Part shown: in pieces, positions 1 through 9,413 of the stretch | Position numbering within the stretch: the stretch's first letter is position 1 | Layout of the letters: each line of letters starts with the position of its first letter | Origin: Planctomycetota bacterium | GTDB taxonomy: Bacteria; Planctomycetota; MHYJ01; WSZJ01 | Length of the DNA: 64,000 nt | Assembly: GCA_038060895.1 (NCBI GenBank) | Contig: JBBTCT010000022.1 | Location: 64,001 to 128,000 of the forward strand | Direction: 5' to 3' | Notes under the pieces: model-generated | The model's database searches: none | Seen by the model: the letters and a program-made list of their open reading frames with translations, nothing else | What the model was told of the DNA's origin: nothing | Made by a program: the position numbers and the translations under genes

Positions 1-1
1 C

Positions 2-388
2 TCGTGTTACGACGCGGCCGGGCAAGTGCAGTACGGGCGCCTGGCGTCAACGGACCTGTTTCGAAGCGGACTTCAGCGAGTGCTCGAAGGCGCCGAAAAA
101 CACCGCCTCGCGCTGATGTGCGCGGAGAAAGAGCCGCTGGAGTGTCATCGGACCCTTCTGGTCAGCCTCGAGTTGGCGAAGCAGGGCGTCTCGATATTCC
201 ACATCCTCGCGAGCGGTCAGCTCGAATCGCACGACGAAACGCTGGATCGGTTGCTGCAGATGGAAAAACTGGGCGGAGCCGATCTCTTCCGGTCCAGAGC
301 GGACAAGCTCTCGGAGGCCTGCGCGCGGCAGGAAAAACGCATCGCGTACGCCACTGATCCGAATGCCGCCCCGCAAGAAATGCCATGA
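2..388 (+). CDS. DUF488 family protein, 5'-truncated by the window edge
   Basis: Motif F..G...RLALMCAEKEPLECHRTLLVS...IFHI is typical of the DUF488 C-terminal half; the frame is open to the window edge. Confidence 0.8.
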   Translation, partial: SCYDAAGQVQYGRLASTDLFRSGLQRVLEGAEKHRLALMCAEKEPLECHRTLLVSLELAKQGVSIFHILASGQLESHDETLDRLLQMEKLGGADLFRSRADKLSEACARQEKRIAYATDPNAAPQEMP

Positions 389-431
389 AAGTGTTAAAAA
401 CGGGTTCACAAAGAAGTCCGCCGAAGGATGA
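385..431 (+). pseudogene. N-terminal remnant of a second DUF488-family gene
   Basis: ATG at 385 overlaps the upstream stop (ATGA). MKV.. is followed, after a frameshift, by GFTKKSAE (402-425), the usual start of the second DUF488 of tandem pairs; stop at 429-431. Confidence 0.5.
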
Positions 432-455
432 CCTCGCCATCCTCGAGCGGCATGC

Positions 456-923
456 TCAGGCCCCGGCGCGTGCGGTGTCGATCGCGGTCAGCTCGACAAA
501 GGGAGCCAGGCTCGTAACTCGTCCGTGGCGATCTCGATCCGGATCAGTTCCGACCCACGTCCACGTGGCCTCACCATCGTCGCGAATTTCGACTTCGAGC
601 GACACGTCACCCGAAGTCCATGCGAGTCCGACGCTGCCTTCAGGTGAAGCGGCGACGAGCGGGCTTGCGAGTCCTGGGATTCCCGCGAGATCAAACACCA
701 GTTCCCTCGCAACTCGAATGGCCTCCGCGCTAACCGGTGATCCACCGTAGCTATCCCAGTTCTCGAGGACGTTCCCCAACTCCCGGAGTTTTCGATCCAC
801 CGAAATCTGCCACGCGGCCCACACGCGTTGAGGGTGCGCCTCAAGGCTCGGAGCTACGACCGCCGCCGGACGCACATAGCGGTTCGCGGGCAACTCTCCC
901 GAAGTCATCGGGGGCACGCTCAT
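456..923 (-). CDS. Hypothetical protein with L..NWDSYG..P.S..AI motif
   Basis: 155-aa ORF with GGAAGGAAAG upstream; motif LENWDSYGGSPVSAEAI...SPEGSVGLAW resembles small proteins of mobile/TA loci. Confidence 0.6.
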   Translation of the reverse strand: MSVPPMTSGELPANRYVRPAAVVAPSLEAHPQRVWAAWQISVDRKLRELGNVLENWDSYGGSPVSAEAIRVARELVFDLAGIPGLASPLVAASPEGSVGLAWTSGDVSLEVEIRDDGEATWTWVGTDPDRDRHGRVTSLAPFVELTAIDTARAGA

Positions 924-982
924 GAGTCTTTCCTTCCCTAGCGCTCGCGCTGGAACACTTCCGTAGTCGTGGCCAGGAACCC

Positions 983-1170
983 GTGAAGACGCGAGCCGGA
1001 GTCGCCGCCCTCGAGCAACTCCTCGAGGCCACCCGAAGCCTGCCTTGGCAGAAGGCCGACCCGGTTGGCGAAGGCGACGAGTACCGCGCTCAGCAGGGCG
1101 AGAGGGTCTTCGTCTCCGCGCTGACGCTCGGGGAAGCGCCGGTGCATGTCAGCGTGGTGGTGGCCGGATG
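983..1170 (+). pseudogene. Possible C-terminal fragment of an ARPP-1/DUF6569-like protein
   Basis: VGEGDEYR...SALTLGEAPVHVSV resembles the G.G...R....AL......HLS C-terminus of that family; no credible N-terminus. Confidence 0.3.
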
Positions 1171-1392
1171 GGTGAATCTGACGGGAACGGGGAGACACGC
1201 GGGCACTGGCCACAACCCTCCAGAACTTCGGGGTCCTCGACCGGAACGACAGAGAAGATGCGCGACGTATGCGCCAAGGCGGGGATTTCGCCGCCCGACG
1301 GGGATTCCGCGTGAGCGCAGACGATGGCGGCGTTCGACGCGTACAGAACTCGAGACGAGACTCATGACTTCATCTGCGACTTCCCCCGCGAA

Positions 1393-1464
1393 TTGTCGGG
1401 TGACTTGTCGGGTGACTTGTCGGGTGACTTGCCGGGTGACTTGCCGGGTGACTTGTCGGGTGAC
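1393..1464. repeat. Tandem repeat, 6 x 12 bp TTG(T/C)CGGGTGAC
   Basis: Read directly. On the minus strand it encodes (VTRQ)6; a related unit near 1729-1754 encodes VTGQATGQV. Confidence 0.95.
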
Positions 1465-1514
1465 GACACCTTCGAGTTCCTCCGCGGCAGGTTTTGACCG
1501 TGGCACCGCCCCTC

Positions 1515-2024
1515 CAGGGTTCTCCCCTGCTCGGTCAGCCGGTACTTCTGCCGGCTGCTCCTCGGCTTGTCCGGAATGGTGCGCTCCACCCAGTTCTCGC
1601 TCAGAAGTTGATCGAGGTAGTTCCGCTGAAAAGTCTCGCGATCGCGCAACCCCGTCGCCACCTGAAGCTCCCCACTGCTCAGCGGGCCATCGATGCATGC
1701 GCTCAGGGCACGTCGTACCCAGGCGTCGACTTGTCCGGTCGCTTGTCCGGTCACGGCGACGCTGGTGCGCCCGGGACTTCGCCGGATGGTCGCGGCGAAT
1801 CCATCCGTCAGCGCGAATCCCGGATCCTCAAGTCCCGCTCGCCGGCACCGCTCGATCATGTCGCCGATCCCAGTTCCCATCCGCTCGATGTACTTCGTGA
1901 GGTAGAGCGCCTCAGCGAGAAGCGGGTTGCCGGGAACCGAAGCATGGGGACGGCGCAGTTGCGGGAGAGTGAGCGATGGCGGAAGCGTCCCGGGGTTCCA
2001 GACCTCCAATCGGTCAGTGAAAAT
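1515..2024 (-). pseudogene. C-terminal part of a RecG-like ATP-binding protein (HATPase_c_4) with Fic-type winged HTH tail
   Basis: IFTDRLEVWNPG, NPLLAEALY, IERMGTGI..M...C, TIPDKPRSSRQKYRLT; N-terminal domains are missing. Confidence 0.75.
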
Positions 2025-2203
2025 TCGCCGACAAACCGGTTCGCGCAGCAGGGCACTCGAATCTCCTTCAGCCTTCTCTCCTTGATGTGGCTGTAGCCGA
2101 TCACTTTGTGGCCCTCGGCGATCATGGACGCGTCGGACTTCAACGCCCCCGCCGAAACGATGCCCGGGAGATTCTCGATGGGAGTGATGTGGTAGACCGG
2201 CAT
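2021..2203 (-). pseudogene. darT: N-terminal fragment of DarT (DUF4433) DNA ADP-ribosyltransferase
   Basis: MPVYHITPIENLPGIV..G.LKSD...IGYSHIKERR...VGEF; breaks off before the expected VPFYF..RSPML motif. Confidence 0.7.
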
Positions 2204-2267
2204 TCTTCTGATCAGGGGCGTCACGCCGGAGAGCTTGAGGATGTCTGCCTGCAAAATCAAGTCGTTG

Positions 2268-2432
2268 CGTGTCACGAACGCGGATGGCGAGGCCGAGGAC
2301 TAGCTCGAGGATTTCGTGGTCGTCGAGGGCGTCGAGACTGGCGCGGGAGAGGCGGGCGCGGAGGCGCTGGCGGTGGCCTTGCGCGTCGTGGCGTTTGCGA
2401 GGGGCCGGCTCGACGGAGTGCTGAGTCTGCAT
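2268..2432 (-). pseudogene. radC: N-terminal fragment of RadC
   Basis: GHRQRLRARL...LDALDDHEILELVLGLAI..RDT matches the RadC N-terminus; the JAB domain is absent. Confidence 0.7.
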
Positions 2433-2608
2433 GGCCCGAGAGCTTGCGCCGATCATTGATTTTCTCCTGAGGCCTTTCCGATTCCCCTCCGATCATTGAA
2501 CCCGGCGCAGGCTCCATATGTTCACGAAAACTTCTGTTTTGCAGAATTTATGCCTTGAAATCTGATGAAGATAGGTTATTGTTAATCCATCTGAACGAGG
2601 AGGACGGC

Positions 2609-3721
2609 ATGCCTTTGGGCGACCGGCTGCGCTTTGCACGGGAACGATCTGGACTCACGCAGTCCGAGGTGTCGCTTCGAACCGAAGTCGGGGAATCCTC
2701 GCTCTCCGAGTTTGAGAGCGGACGGCGGGAGCCAAGCCTCGGACAGCTGGAAACGCTCGCAAAGGCGTATCACCGGCCGTGGACCTGGTTCGTGGAGTCG
2801 ACACCCGTCGAGTCCGCTCCCCTCGTTCTCTGGAGACACAAGCCAACATCGGGGGCGTCCGAAGTCGAGGCGCACTTCCTCGAATTGTGCCACGCGTTCC
2901 GCCGGCTGGAGATTCTCGAAAAGGAACCGGAGGGGCCAGGGTTGCTGATGGTTCTCCGAAAAGCCGACAAGTGGACTTACTCCGACGCAATAGACCTGGC
3001 GCGGAGAGTTCGCAATTCCCTCGCGCTCGGCGACCGTCCCGGTCCTTCACTGCTGCGCGTGCTCGAAGAAGTCTGGAAACTCAAGATCTTCCACCTGGAC
3101 TTCGAGCCTGAGGGAACGGCGGCATCCCATTTTTCCGACGAGATCGGGGGCTCGATTCTTCTGAATCGCCGAAGCGTCCGGTGGCGGAGGAACCACGACC
3201 TGGCGCACGAGCTGTTTCATCTGCTCACGTGGAAGGCCTTTCACTGCGACGGCCAGGCGCCGACGGAAGATGAGTGGCGACACGAGGAGAAGCTGGCGAC
3301 AAGCTTCGCCGCGGCGCTTCTTCTTCCGGAAGAGCCGTTCCGCGCGGCAATCGCCGAGCACAGCCATGGCGGCCGAATTGATGTGGATGCACTTCATGAC
3401 GTCGCACGGTCCTTCGATGTCTCCGTAGAATCCGCAATCTGGCGATTGCACATCCTCTTCAAAGGCCCGGACGAGAGCGACGACACGCGTCGACTGATCG
3501 AGAAGGCGAAGGCTCTGAAGTCCACGCTGTCGCTACGCCAGGATTCGCCCGCCCCGGAGTTCCCGGCGAGATACGAAGCTCTGGCCTGGCGTGCCCTCAG
3601 AAGTGGGAGGCTTTCCGTGGGAGCTTTCTCACGGACGATGAATTTGCCGCGGGCAAGAGTTCTGCGGCTTCTTGGCGAGGACGAATGGAATGGCGAAGAA
3701 ATTCCGATTCCTTCTCCTTGA
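2609..3721 (+). CDS. XRE-family HTH fused to ImmA/IrrE (M78) metallopeptidase
   Basis: GAGGAGG RBS before ATG 2609; LGDRLRFARERSGLTQ..V..LSEFESGRREPS HTH; LAHELFH (HExxH); EKLATSFAAALLLP. Confidence 0.9.
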   Translation: MPLGDRLRFARERSGLTQSEVSLRTEVGESSLSEFESGRREPSLGQLETLAKAYHRPWTWFVESTPVESAPLVLWRHKPTSGASEVEAHFLELCHAFRRLEILEKEPEGPGLLMVLRKADKWTYSDAIDLARRVRNSLALGDRPGPSLLRVLEEVWKLKIFHLDFEPEGTAASHFSDEIGGSILLNRRSVRWRRNHDLAHELFHLLTWKAFHCDGQAPTEDEWRHEEKLATSFAAALLLPEEPFRAAIAEHSHGGRIDVDALHDVARSFDVSVESAIWRLHILFKGPDESDDTRRLIEKAKALKSTLSLRQDSPAPEFPARYEALAWRALRSGRLSVGAFSRTMNLPRARVLRLLGEDEWNGEEIPIPSP

Positions 3722-4214
3722 TGCCGACGTCCTGATCGAGTTGTGGCGGCGCGGCGTGTGGAAACATCTCCTGACGCTCTGCGATGTCACGATCGTCGAG
3801 ACAGTGCGCCATGAGGCGCGCTTCTTTGAAGATGCCGAGGGAAGCCGGCATGACATCGACCTGGACCCGGACATCGCGTCCGGAGACGTGAAGGTCGTTC
3901 AGGTTCCGATCGCGGAAATCCAGAAGCTGATGGAAGACATTCCTGTCTCCTGGCACCCCGACATGAATCCTGGTGAAACCGCTTCGCTTGCGTGGCTGCT
4001 GGCACAGCCTCCGGAACCGGCGTACCTGGTCTGCTCTGCGGACCACATCACGTTTCGCGTGCTCGGAATGAAACGAAGATCCGCGGCCGGGATTTCACTC
4101 GAGGAAGTTCTCGCTTCAATCGGGCGCGTCCAGAAGCTCGCGAGGCACTTCACGAAGCAGTACCGCGAGGACATCAGTCGACAGGGTTTCGCGGATGGAA
4201 TCACGGCGAGCTAG
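3690..4214 (+). CDS. PIN-domain protein (putative ribonuclease toxin)
   Basis: LLLDADVLI, MNPGETASL, CSADH acidic PIN motifs; overlaps the end of the XRE-ImmA gene. Confidence 0.75.
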   Translation: MAKKFRFLLLDADVLIELWRRGVWKHLLTLCDVTIVETVRHEARFFEDAEGSRHDIDLDPDIASGDVKVVQVPIAEIQKLMEDIPVSWHPDMNPGETASLAWLLAQPPEPAYLVCSADHITFRVLGMKRRSAAGISLEEVLASIGRVQKLARHFTKQYREDISRQGFADGITAS

Positions 4215-4313
4215 CCCGCAGACCTCGCTTCACGCATTGATTTCTTCCGCGGGGCGCGGGTGATGGTGCGATTCCCCGACCCGAACAGATTCCCGGCTAC
4301 GATGACCACGAAC

Positions 4314-5120
4314 CTACCGGCAAGCCGCCGCTTCCGCCATCCGCTTCTTCGCCCTCTGCATCCCCAGCACCGCTGCGCCGAGGGCCGCCGCGAACTGCGG
4401 GTGCTCGGGGAGGTTCACGGGGATGGCGAACTTGCGTTTGCAGGCCTCGACGAAGCCGCTCTGAAGAGCGACGCCGCCGACGAGGGTGACGGGACCGTTC
4501 AGGCCGACTTTTCGCAACTGCCCCACGGCGCGGTCGGCCATGGACTCGTGCATGCCGCGGGCGATGTCGCCGATCGGGACGTTCTCGGAAACGTGGTTGA
4601 TGATTTCGGACTCCGCGAGGACGGCGCAGACGCTCGAGATCGGCTGGATCCCTTTCGCGTCGACGGAGAGCTTGCCGAGCGAATCGAGCGGAACCTCAAG
4701 GTACTTCGCGGCCCGCACCAGGAACGCCCCGCCGCCGGCCGCGCACTTTTCGTTCGTGTGGAATTCCTTCACCTTGCCGTTGTCGCGCAGGTGGATCGCG
4801 CGGGTGCTCTGCGCGCCCACGTCGAGGACGAAGGAGGCTTTGGGGAAGAGCGTCCACGCGCCGCGGGCGGCGGCGGTGATTTCGGTGACCTGGATGTCGC
4901 GGAAGGTGACGGCGTAGCGGCCGAGGCCCGTCGTGCAGGTGTAGGCGACGTCGGAAGGCGACACCTTTGCGAGGGCAAGCGCCTCGTCCAGCACGTCGCG
5001 CGCGCCCTTGTCGAAGTCCGCGCGCGTCTTGGTGATCGCGCGCGCGAGCACCACGCCGTCGTCGCGGTAGAGGACGGCCTTCGAGAAGCCGCTTCCCAGG
5101 TCAATTCCCGCGCTGATCAT
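4314..5120 (-). CDS. bcrD: BadF/BadG/BcrA/BcrD ATPase (activase subunit of class I benzoyl-CoA reductase, BcrD/BzdP-like)
   Basis: [43 protein letters not shown]; ATGA-coupled to the upstream gene. Symbol assigned from position. Confidence 0.8.
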   Translation of the reverse strand: MISAGIDLGSGFSKAVLYRDDGVVLARAITKTRADFDKGARDVLDEALALAKVSPSDVAYTCTTGLGRYAVTFRDIQVTEITAAARGAWTLFPKASFVLDVGAQSTRAIHLRDNGKVKEFHTNEKCAAGGGAFLVRAAKYLEVPLDSLGKLSVDAKGIQPISSVCAVLAESEIINHVSENVPIGDIARGMHESMADRAVGQLRKVGLNGPVTLVGGVALQSGFVEACKRKFAIPVNLPEHPQFAAALGAAVLGMQRAKKRMAEAAACR

Positions 5121-5968
5121 CGTTTCGTGTCCTGAAGGCCGTCTTCCCACCCGCCGAGCACCGCTTCCTCGCACTTGCCCCTGGAAGCGGTTTCCGCGCG
5201 TTCGAGGGCGAAGAGTGCGGCGCCGATGGCGCCCATGTAGTGCGAATCCGCGCTGATGTTCAGGGGCGCCTTCAGTTTTTCCTCGAGGGCGGCGACCATG
5301 CCGACGTTGCGGGTGACGCCGCCGGTCATGGAGTACTCGGGGCCCAGGCCGATGCGCTGGAGGAGGGACATGGTGCGCGCGGCGATCGCGCGGTGGACGC
5401 CGGCGAGGATGTCGGGGACTTTCTTTCCCTGCGCGAGGTAGGACATGATGTCGGATTCGACGAAGACGGTGCAGACGGTCGAGAGGCGGACGGGGTCTTT
5501 TCCTTCGAGGGCGAGCGGGCCGATCTTCTCCAGCGGAAGGTCGAGAACCTCGGCGGAGGCCGACAGGAAGCGGCCGGTGCCTGCGGCGCACTTGTCGTTC
5601 ATGGCGAAGTCGACGACTTCACCATTTGCGCCGACGCGGATCGCCTTGGTGTCCTGGCCGCCGATGTCGATGACGGTGCGGGTGCCGGGGAACATGAAAT
5701 GGGCGCCGCGGGCGTGGCAGGAGATTTCGGTGACCTGCGAGTCGCCGAACGTGACCTTGTAGCGGCCGTAGCCTGTGCCGATGACGTAGCCGATCTGCTC
5801 GCGCTTGAGTCCCGACGAGGCGAGCGCTTCGTTGAACATCTTCTCCGCGGCTTTCGACACGTTTGCGCCGGTCATTGCGAGCGCCCGGCCGACGATTTCG
5901 CGATTGGAGTCGAGGATGACGGCTTTGGTCTGCGTGGACCCGACATCGACGCCGGCGCCGTAGATCAT
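5117..5968 (-). CDS. bcrA: BadF/BadG/BcrA/BcrD ATPase (activase subunit, BcrA/BzdQ-like)
   Basis: [50 protein letters not shown]. Symbol assigned from position. Confidence 0.85.
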   Translation of the reverse strand: MIYGAGVDVGSTQTKAVILDSNREIVGRALAMTGANVSKAAEKMFNEALASSGLKREQIGYVIGTGYGRYKVTFGDSQVTEISCHARGAHFMFPGTRTVIDIGGQDTKAIRVGANGEVVDFAMNDKCAAGTGRFLSASAEVLDLPLEKIGPLALEGKDPVRLSTVCTVFVESDIMSYLAQGKKVPDILAGVHRAIAARTMSLLQRIGLGPEYSMTGGVTRNVGMVAALEEKLKAPLNISADSHYMGAIGAALFALERAETASRGKCEEAVLGGWEDGLQDTKR

Positions 5969-7215
5969 TGCGCCCCCCTCAGCAGTTTGCGGTGCTCCAG
6001 CGACTCAAAGAACGCGTCGATCCGGTTTTTCATCATCGCCTGCGCGTAGTAGCGAGGGTCTTCGAGGTCTGATTCGACCAGCAGCGTCGGGACTCCCAGC
6101 TCGTTGGCGAAGTAGTCGCGCATGTCGCCCTGGCCGGCGGAGAAGAGGCGGCAGCTCTTGACTGAGTGGATGACGAGCGCGTCCGCCTTCCATTCTTCGA
6201 CGTACCGGCGGATCTGCTTGTACCGGTCGAGCAGCGAGCGGTTGCAGAGGTTTTCCATGAGCATCTGTTCGGCGATCGACTCGAGCGGATTCTTCGGGTC
6301 GTGCCGGAAGCCGAACTCCCAGATGCCCCCGACCGTCGAGTAGGTGGACTGCACGGCAACGGCGTTCCACGCGGCAAACAGGTCGCGGAACTGGCGGTAG
6401 AACGGGTACGGCGGCGGCCCTTCCACGACGATGCGGAACTTCTCGATCGGGATGGGGCCCTTCTTCTCCTTTACGAGCGTCTCGTATTCCCTCACGGCGA
6501 CGTCGAAGAAATCCACGGCATCCTGCGTCCCGCGCAGGACGTTGATCGGGCCCATCAGGTTGATTGCGTCGAAGTAGGCATCCATCGGCGAGGGCGTGTT
6601 CTTGCACAGGTCCTTGCAGCGCTGCCAGCCGTCCTCGGCCTTCGCCGACAGGGCGCAGATGCCGCGCAGCTTGTCGATGTCGAACTTCTTCCCGGTCGCC
6701 TTCTCGCAGTCCGCGATCAGTTTCTTCAGCTGCGAGACGACGTATCGCACGTCCCCGTCGCTGGGCCGGTCGCTTCGCACGAACGGCACGTCGATCATGG
6801 TCAGGGGCACGCCCAGGAACTCGGAGCAGTGCTCGAACCACTTGATGTAGACGTTGCAGCCCACGAAGTTGCAGACGATGAAATTCGGCTTCGGGATCTT
6901 GCCGACTCCGGGCGCGCCTTCCCCGAACGTGAACCCGGCGTCCGCCTTCACATAGGCGCAGTTGTCGCTCGAGTAGCCCATTTCCTCGGCCTTGAGGATG
7001 AGGGGAAGCGACTGTTTGCGGATGGCGAGCTGAAGAGCGTTGACCTCGGGGAACACGGGCTCGATGTCGAACGCCCGCAGGATCTCGACGCAATTGCCGG
7101 AGATCATGAGGTACGCCGTCGGCGCGCCCGACTTCGCCGCCGCCGCGAGCCGGTCATACCACGCGCTCATCGCTTTACGCGACGCCTCGTGCACCGCCGT
7201 GCCGTATTCCGCCAT
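5965..7215 (-). CDS. bcrB: HGD-D family Fe-S subunit; benzoyl-CoA reductase BcrB/BzdO-like
   Basis: [56 protein letters not shown]; GGAGG RBS before ATG 7215. Confidence 0.8.
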   Translation of the reverse strand: MAEYGTAVHEASRKAMSAWYDRLAAAAKSGAPTAYLMISGNCVEILRAFDIEPVFPEVNALQLAIRKQSLPLILKAEEMGYSSDNCAYVKADAGFTFGEGAPGVGKIPKPNFIVCNFVGCNVYIKWFEHCSEFLGVPLTMIDVPFVRSDRPSDGDVRYVVSQLKKLIADCEKATGKKFDIDKLRGICALSAKAEDGWQRCKDLCKNTPSPMDAYFDAINLMGPINVLRGTQDAVDFFDVAVREYETLVKEKKGPIPIEKFRIVVEGPPPYPFYRQFRDLFAAWNAVAVQSTYSTVGGIWEFGFRHDPKNPLESIAEQMLMENLCNRSLLDRYKQIRRYVEEWKADALVIHSVKSCRLFSAGQGDMRDYFANELGVPTLLVESDLEDPRYYAQAMMKNRIDAFFESLEHRKLLRGAQ

Positions 7216-7278
7216 GTTCCAACCTCCGCGCCGCCGTTTTCGCACCATCCCGATCCCCATCCCGATTCCGGCCGTTCT

Positions 7279-8421
7279 TCAGTCGAACAGCAACGACTCG
7301 ACGAAGGTCTCCACCTCTCCCCGCGTCCGTTCGAAGGTCCACATCTTCTCCTCGAACTCCACCATGAGGTGGGGGATGTTCTCCTTCTCCAGCTCGCGGC
7401 GGAAAATCACGTAGTCGAACAGCGCCGGTTCGCAGAACTTTGCGGGCATGAAGAGCACCGCCTGTGCGCCGGTTTCACGCACGCGCCGGACGAGGTCCTT
7501 GTGCCGGGGATTGTCGGGGTTGTAACGCGTCGAGGACGCGCGGCCGTGTTCGAGCCACGCGCGGGCGAGCTGCCGCACCGGGTCCGGGCCTTCCGGCACG
7601 TCGGTCGAGAACCACCGCCATCCCGCGCAGAAATCGTCGTCCACGACGTAGCACCCCGCGCCCTCCAGCGTCTCGATCAGCCCGACCGGCGGCTGCTCGC
7701 AGAACGCTCCTTCCACCACGACTTTCACCCGGTCCATGCGGCGGGGCTTCCTCGCGACGAATTCCTCCTTCGCCGATTCAAGCAGCCGGGCGTGCTCGTC
7801 GGGCGGCAGCATGGTCCCCGCGCGGACGAGAGGGAACAACTCGGCCGCCCCGATCCGCTCCGGTTCCTTCGAACGCATCGCGTACAGTTCCCGCATGAGT
7901 CGCCGCGGCCGGTTGTACTCGCGGATCGCCGCCGCCACCGCCGCGTCGTCGATGCGCCGCCCCGTGCGCGCCTCGAGCCCGGTCATGACGCGCCGGTACT
8001 CGGTGACAAGGTAGTCTTCCGTTTCCGGCCCCGCCGCGTTCTGCGGCAGGTGGATGTACTCGATGTGCATCGCCGGGAAGTTCCGCTTGAACACGCTCGC
8101 GAGATTCCGCGCGACGTCGCAGATCGAGTGGAATACCGCCCCTTCCATCCCCGTAAGCCGCTTCTGCAACCCCAGTTCCAGCGAGGTCTTCGCGATGGAA
8201 CAGACGAAGCTCTGGAAGCGCGCGTCCGCGTGGACGATGTCGATGGAGGCGCCGGCGCCCATGAGGCCGACCGGAAGTAGCCCGGCGGCGCGGATGATTT
8301 CGTAAGGGGAGTAGACGGGGAAGCAGCCGAACGCGGGGGCGTCACTGCGTTTCAGGACGGGGGCCAGCCCGGCGGACACGATGGCCTTGGCCTGCTCGAC
8401 GGCTTGGGAAGTGCGTCCCAC
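7279..8421 (-). CDS. bcrC: HGD-D family Fe-S subunit; benzoyl-CoA reductase BcrC/BzdN-like (start approximate)
   Basis: PVYSPYEII.AAG, QSFVCSIAK, SICDVARN, GAFCEQPP, KFCEPALFD, ETFVES. GTG 8421 chosen because it lies just downstream of the sigma54-like site. Confidence 0.8.
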   Translation of the reverse strand: MGRTSQAVEQAKAIVSAGLAPVLKRSDAPAFGCFPVYSPYEIIRAAGLLPVGLMGAGASIDIVHADARFQSFVCSIAKTSLELGLQKRLTGMEGAVFHSICDVARNLASVFKRNFPAMHIEYIHLPQNAAGPETEDYLVTEYRRVMTGLEARTGRRIDDAAVAAAIREYNRPRRLMRELYAMRSKEPERIGAAELFPLVRAGTMLPPDEHARLLESAKEEFVARKPRRMDRVKVVVEGAFCEQPPVGLIETLEGAGCYVVDDDFCAGWRWFSTDVPEGPDPVRQLARAWLEHGRASSTRYNPDNPRHKDLVRRVRETGAQAVLFMPAKFCEPALFDYVIFRRELEKENIPHLMVEFEEKMWTFERTRGEVETFVESLLFD

Positions 8422-8457
8422 AACGGCGGTGGCAGAGATTTCCACGGCGAATTGCGT

Positions 8458-8473
8458 TGCAAGCGGGATGCCG
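8458..8473 (-). promoter_or_regulatory. Putative sigma54 (-24/-12) promoter of the bcr-like operon
   Basis: Minus strand CGGCATCCCGCTTGCA = GG-N10-GC with TTGC(A), correctly oriented about 37 bp upstream of the bcrC-like start. Confidence 0.6.
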
Positions 8474-8499
8474 TGCAGAGTCGAACGGTGGAGTAGAAG

Positions 8500-8518
8500 G
8501 TCAGGAGTGACTCCTGAC
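8500..8518. promoter_or_regulatory. Perfect 19-bp palindrome GTCAGGAGT-G-ACTCCTGAC, candidate regulator-binding site
   Basis: Read directly; lies between the marR-like stop and the sigma54-like site. Confidence 0.5.
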
Positions 8519-8545
8519 AAGCTCAGGGCAACTTTCCCCTCACGG

Positions 8546-9103
8546 TCACGGTTTCGCGGCCGAGCAGCTCTCTGTCGGGCAGGAGAACCCGTGCTGCCGA
8601 ATGACGCAATTGGGAGATTCGTAGGCACCGCAATGGAGGCACATTTCCTTGCCGCTCGGCTTTTCCGTAAGAAGCAGGTCGATCGCCGCTTCCAGCCCCT
8701 GCGCGACGATCCGACGCTTCACCTCCGGAAGACCCGCCCAGAGCCTTTCGATGCGGCGCATTTTGAGCGCCTCGTGCCGGCGGACGAGGGCACGGGCCCG
8801 CGGCGTGATGAAGAGATCCTCCGCGCGGCCGTCGGACAGGCTGGGACGGCTCTTCACCAGGCCCTTGCGGCGCAGCCGGCCGATGAGCTGAGTCGCGGCG
8901 GGGGCTGACGAAGAGAGGTACTTCGCGACGTCCTGAGCCCGGCGGGGCCCTGCGGAATCGAGCCACTTCAGGATGACGATCTGGGTGAACGAGGCGCCCT
9001 CTCCGTCGGCGGCGTTGACGTCGGATTCCAGGATGCGGCGGGTCAGGTCTGCGAGCATGTGGAGGTCCCGGGCGATGCGGCGGGCATGGGGTTCGTGGGT
9101 CAT
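8546..9103 (-). CDS. MarR-family regulator with Cys-rich C-terminal extension
   Basis: SFTQIVILKWL, VAKYL..SAPAATQLIGRLRRKGLV, DGRAEDLFIT; tail CLHC-x7-C-x8-C-x4-C; AGGAG RBS. Confidence 0.85.
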   Translation of the reverse strand: MTHEPHARRIARDLHMLADLTRRILESDVNAADGEGASFTQIVILKWLDSAGPRRAQDVAKYLSSSAPAATQLIGRLRRKGLVKSRPSLSDGRAEDLFITPRARALVRRHEALKMRRIERLWAGLPEVKRRIVAQGLEAAIDLLLTEKPSGKEMCLHCGAYESPNCVIRQHGFSCPTESCSAAKP

Positions 9104-9179
9104 GGGGCTCCTGAGGCGGGGGATCCTGATGCCGTCGCCAGCATGTCAGGAGGTGTGTTCGCGGACCCGGTGATTTTAC

Positions 9180-9192
9180 TTAACGGCATTAG
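9180..9192. promoter_or_regulatory. Operator-like palindrome copy 1 (TTAACGGCATTAG)
   Basis: 2 mismatches to TTAATGnCATTAA; in the divergent marR / catabolic operon intergenic region. Confidence 0.55.
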
Positions 9193-9413
9193 CCAGGGAC
9201 AGCGTGAAGTTGCGCAGAAGGTGCGGGAAACCGCGCGAGCGCCGGATGTCAGAATCCGCACTTTTGCCGGGGATTCGGCGTTCACGGCCGTTTCCGGTCC
9301 TCTCCTTTCGTGGCTCGGAATTTCCATGAGCATCGCGGGATCGCAGAGATTGCGCAGGTCCGGGTGAAAGACCTCGGACGCGCCCGCCGTCGAACCAGGA
9401 GGCCCGTCAAACG

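Noticed and set aside
1393-1464. CRISPR array
   Set aside because: 12-bp head-to-tail units with no spacers and no cas genes in the window.
6166-8280. Long antisense and alternate-frame ORFs (6166-8280, 22594-24777, 47562-51788, 58862-60598 and others)
   Set aside because: Shadows of well-supported genes in high-GC DNA; Arg/Gly/Pro-rich with no family motifs.
9200-9410. Cobalamin riboswitch upstream of the mutase operon
   Set aside because: No recognisable B12-box or conserved AGGGAA...GCCCCCGCAACTGT core.
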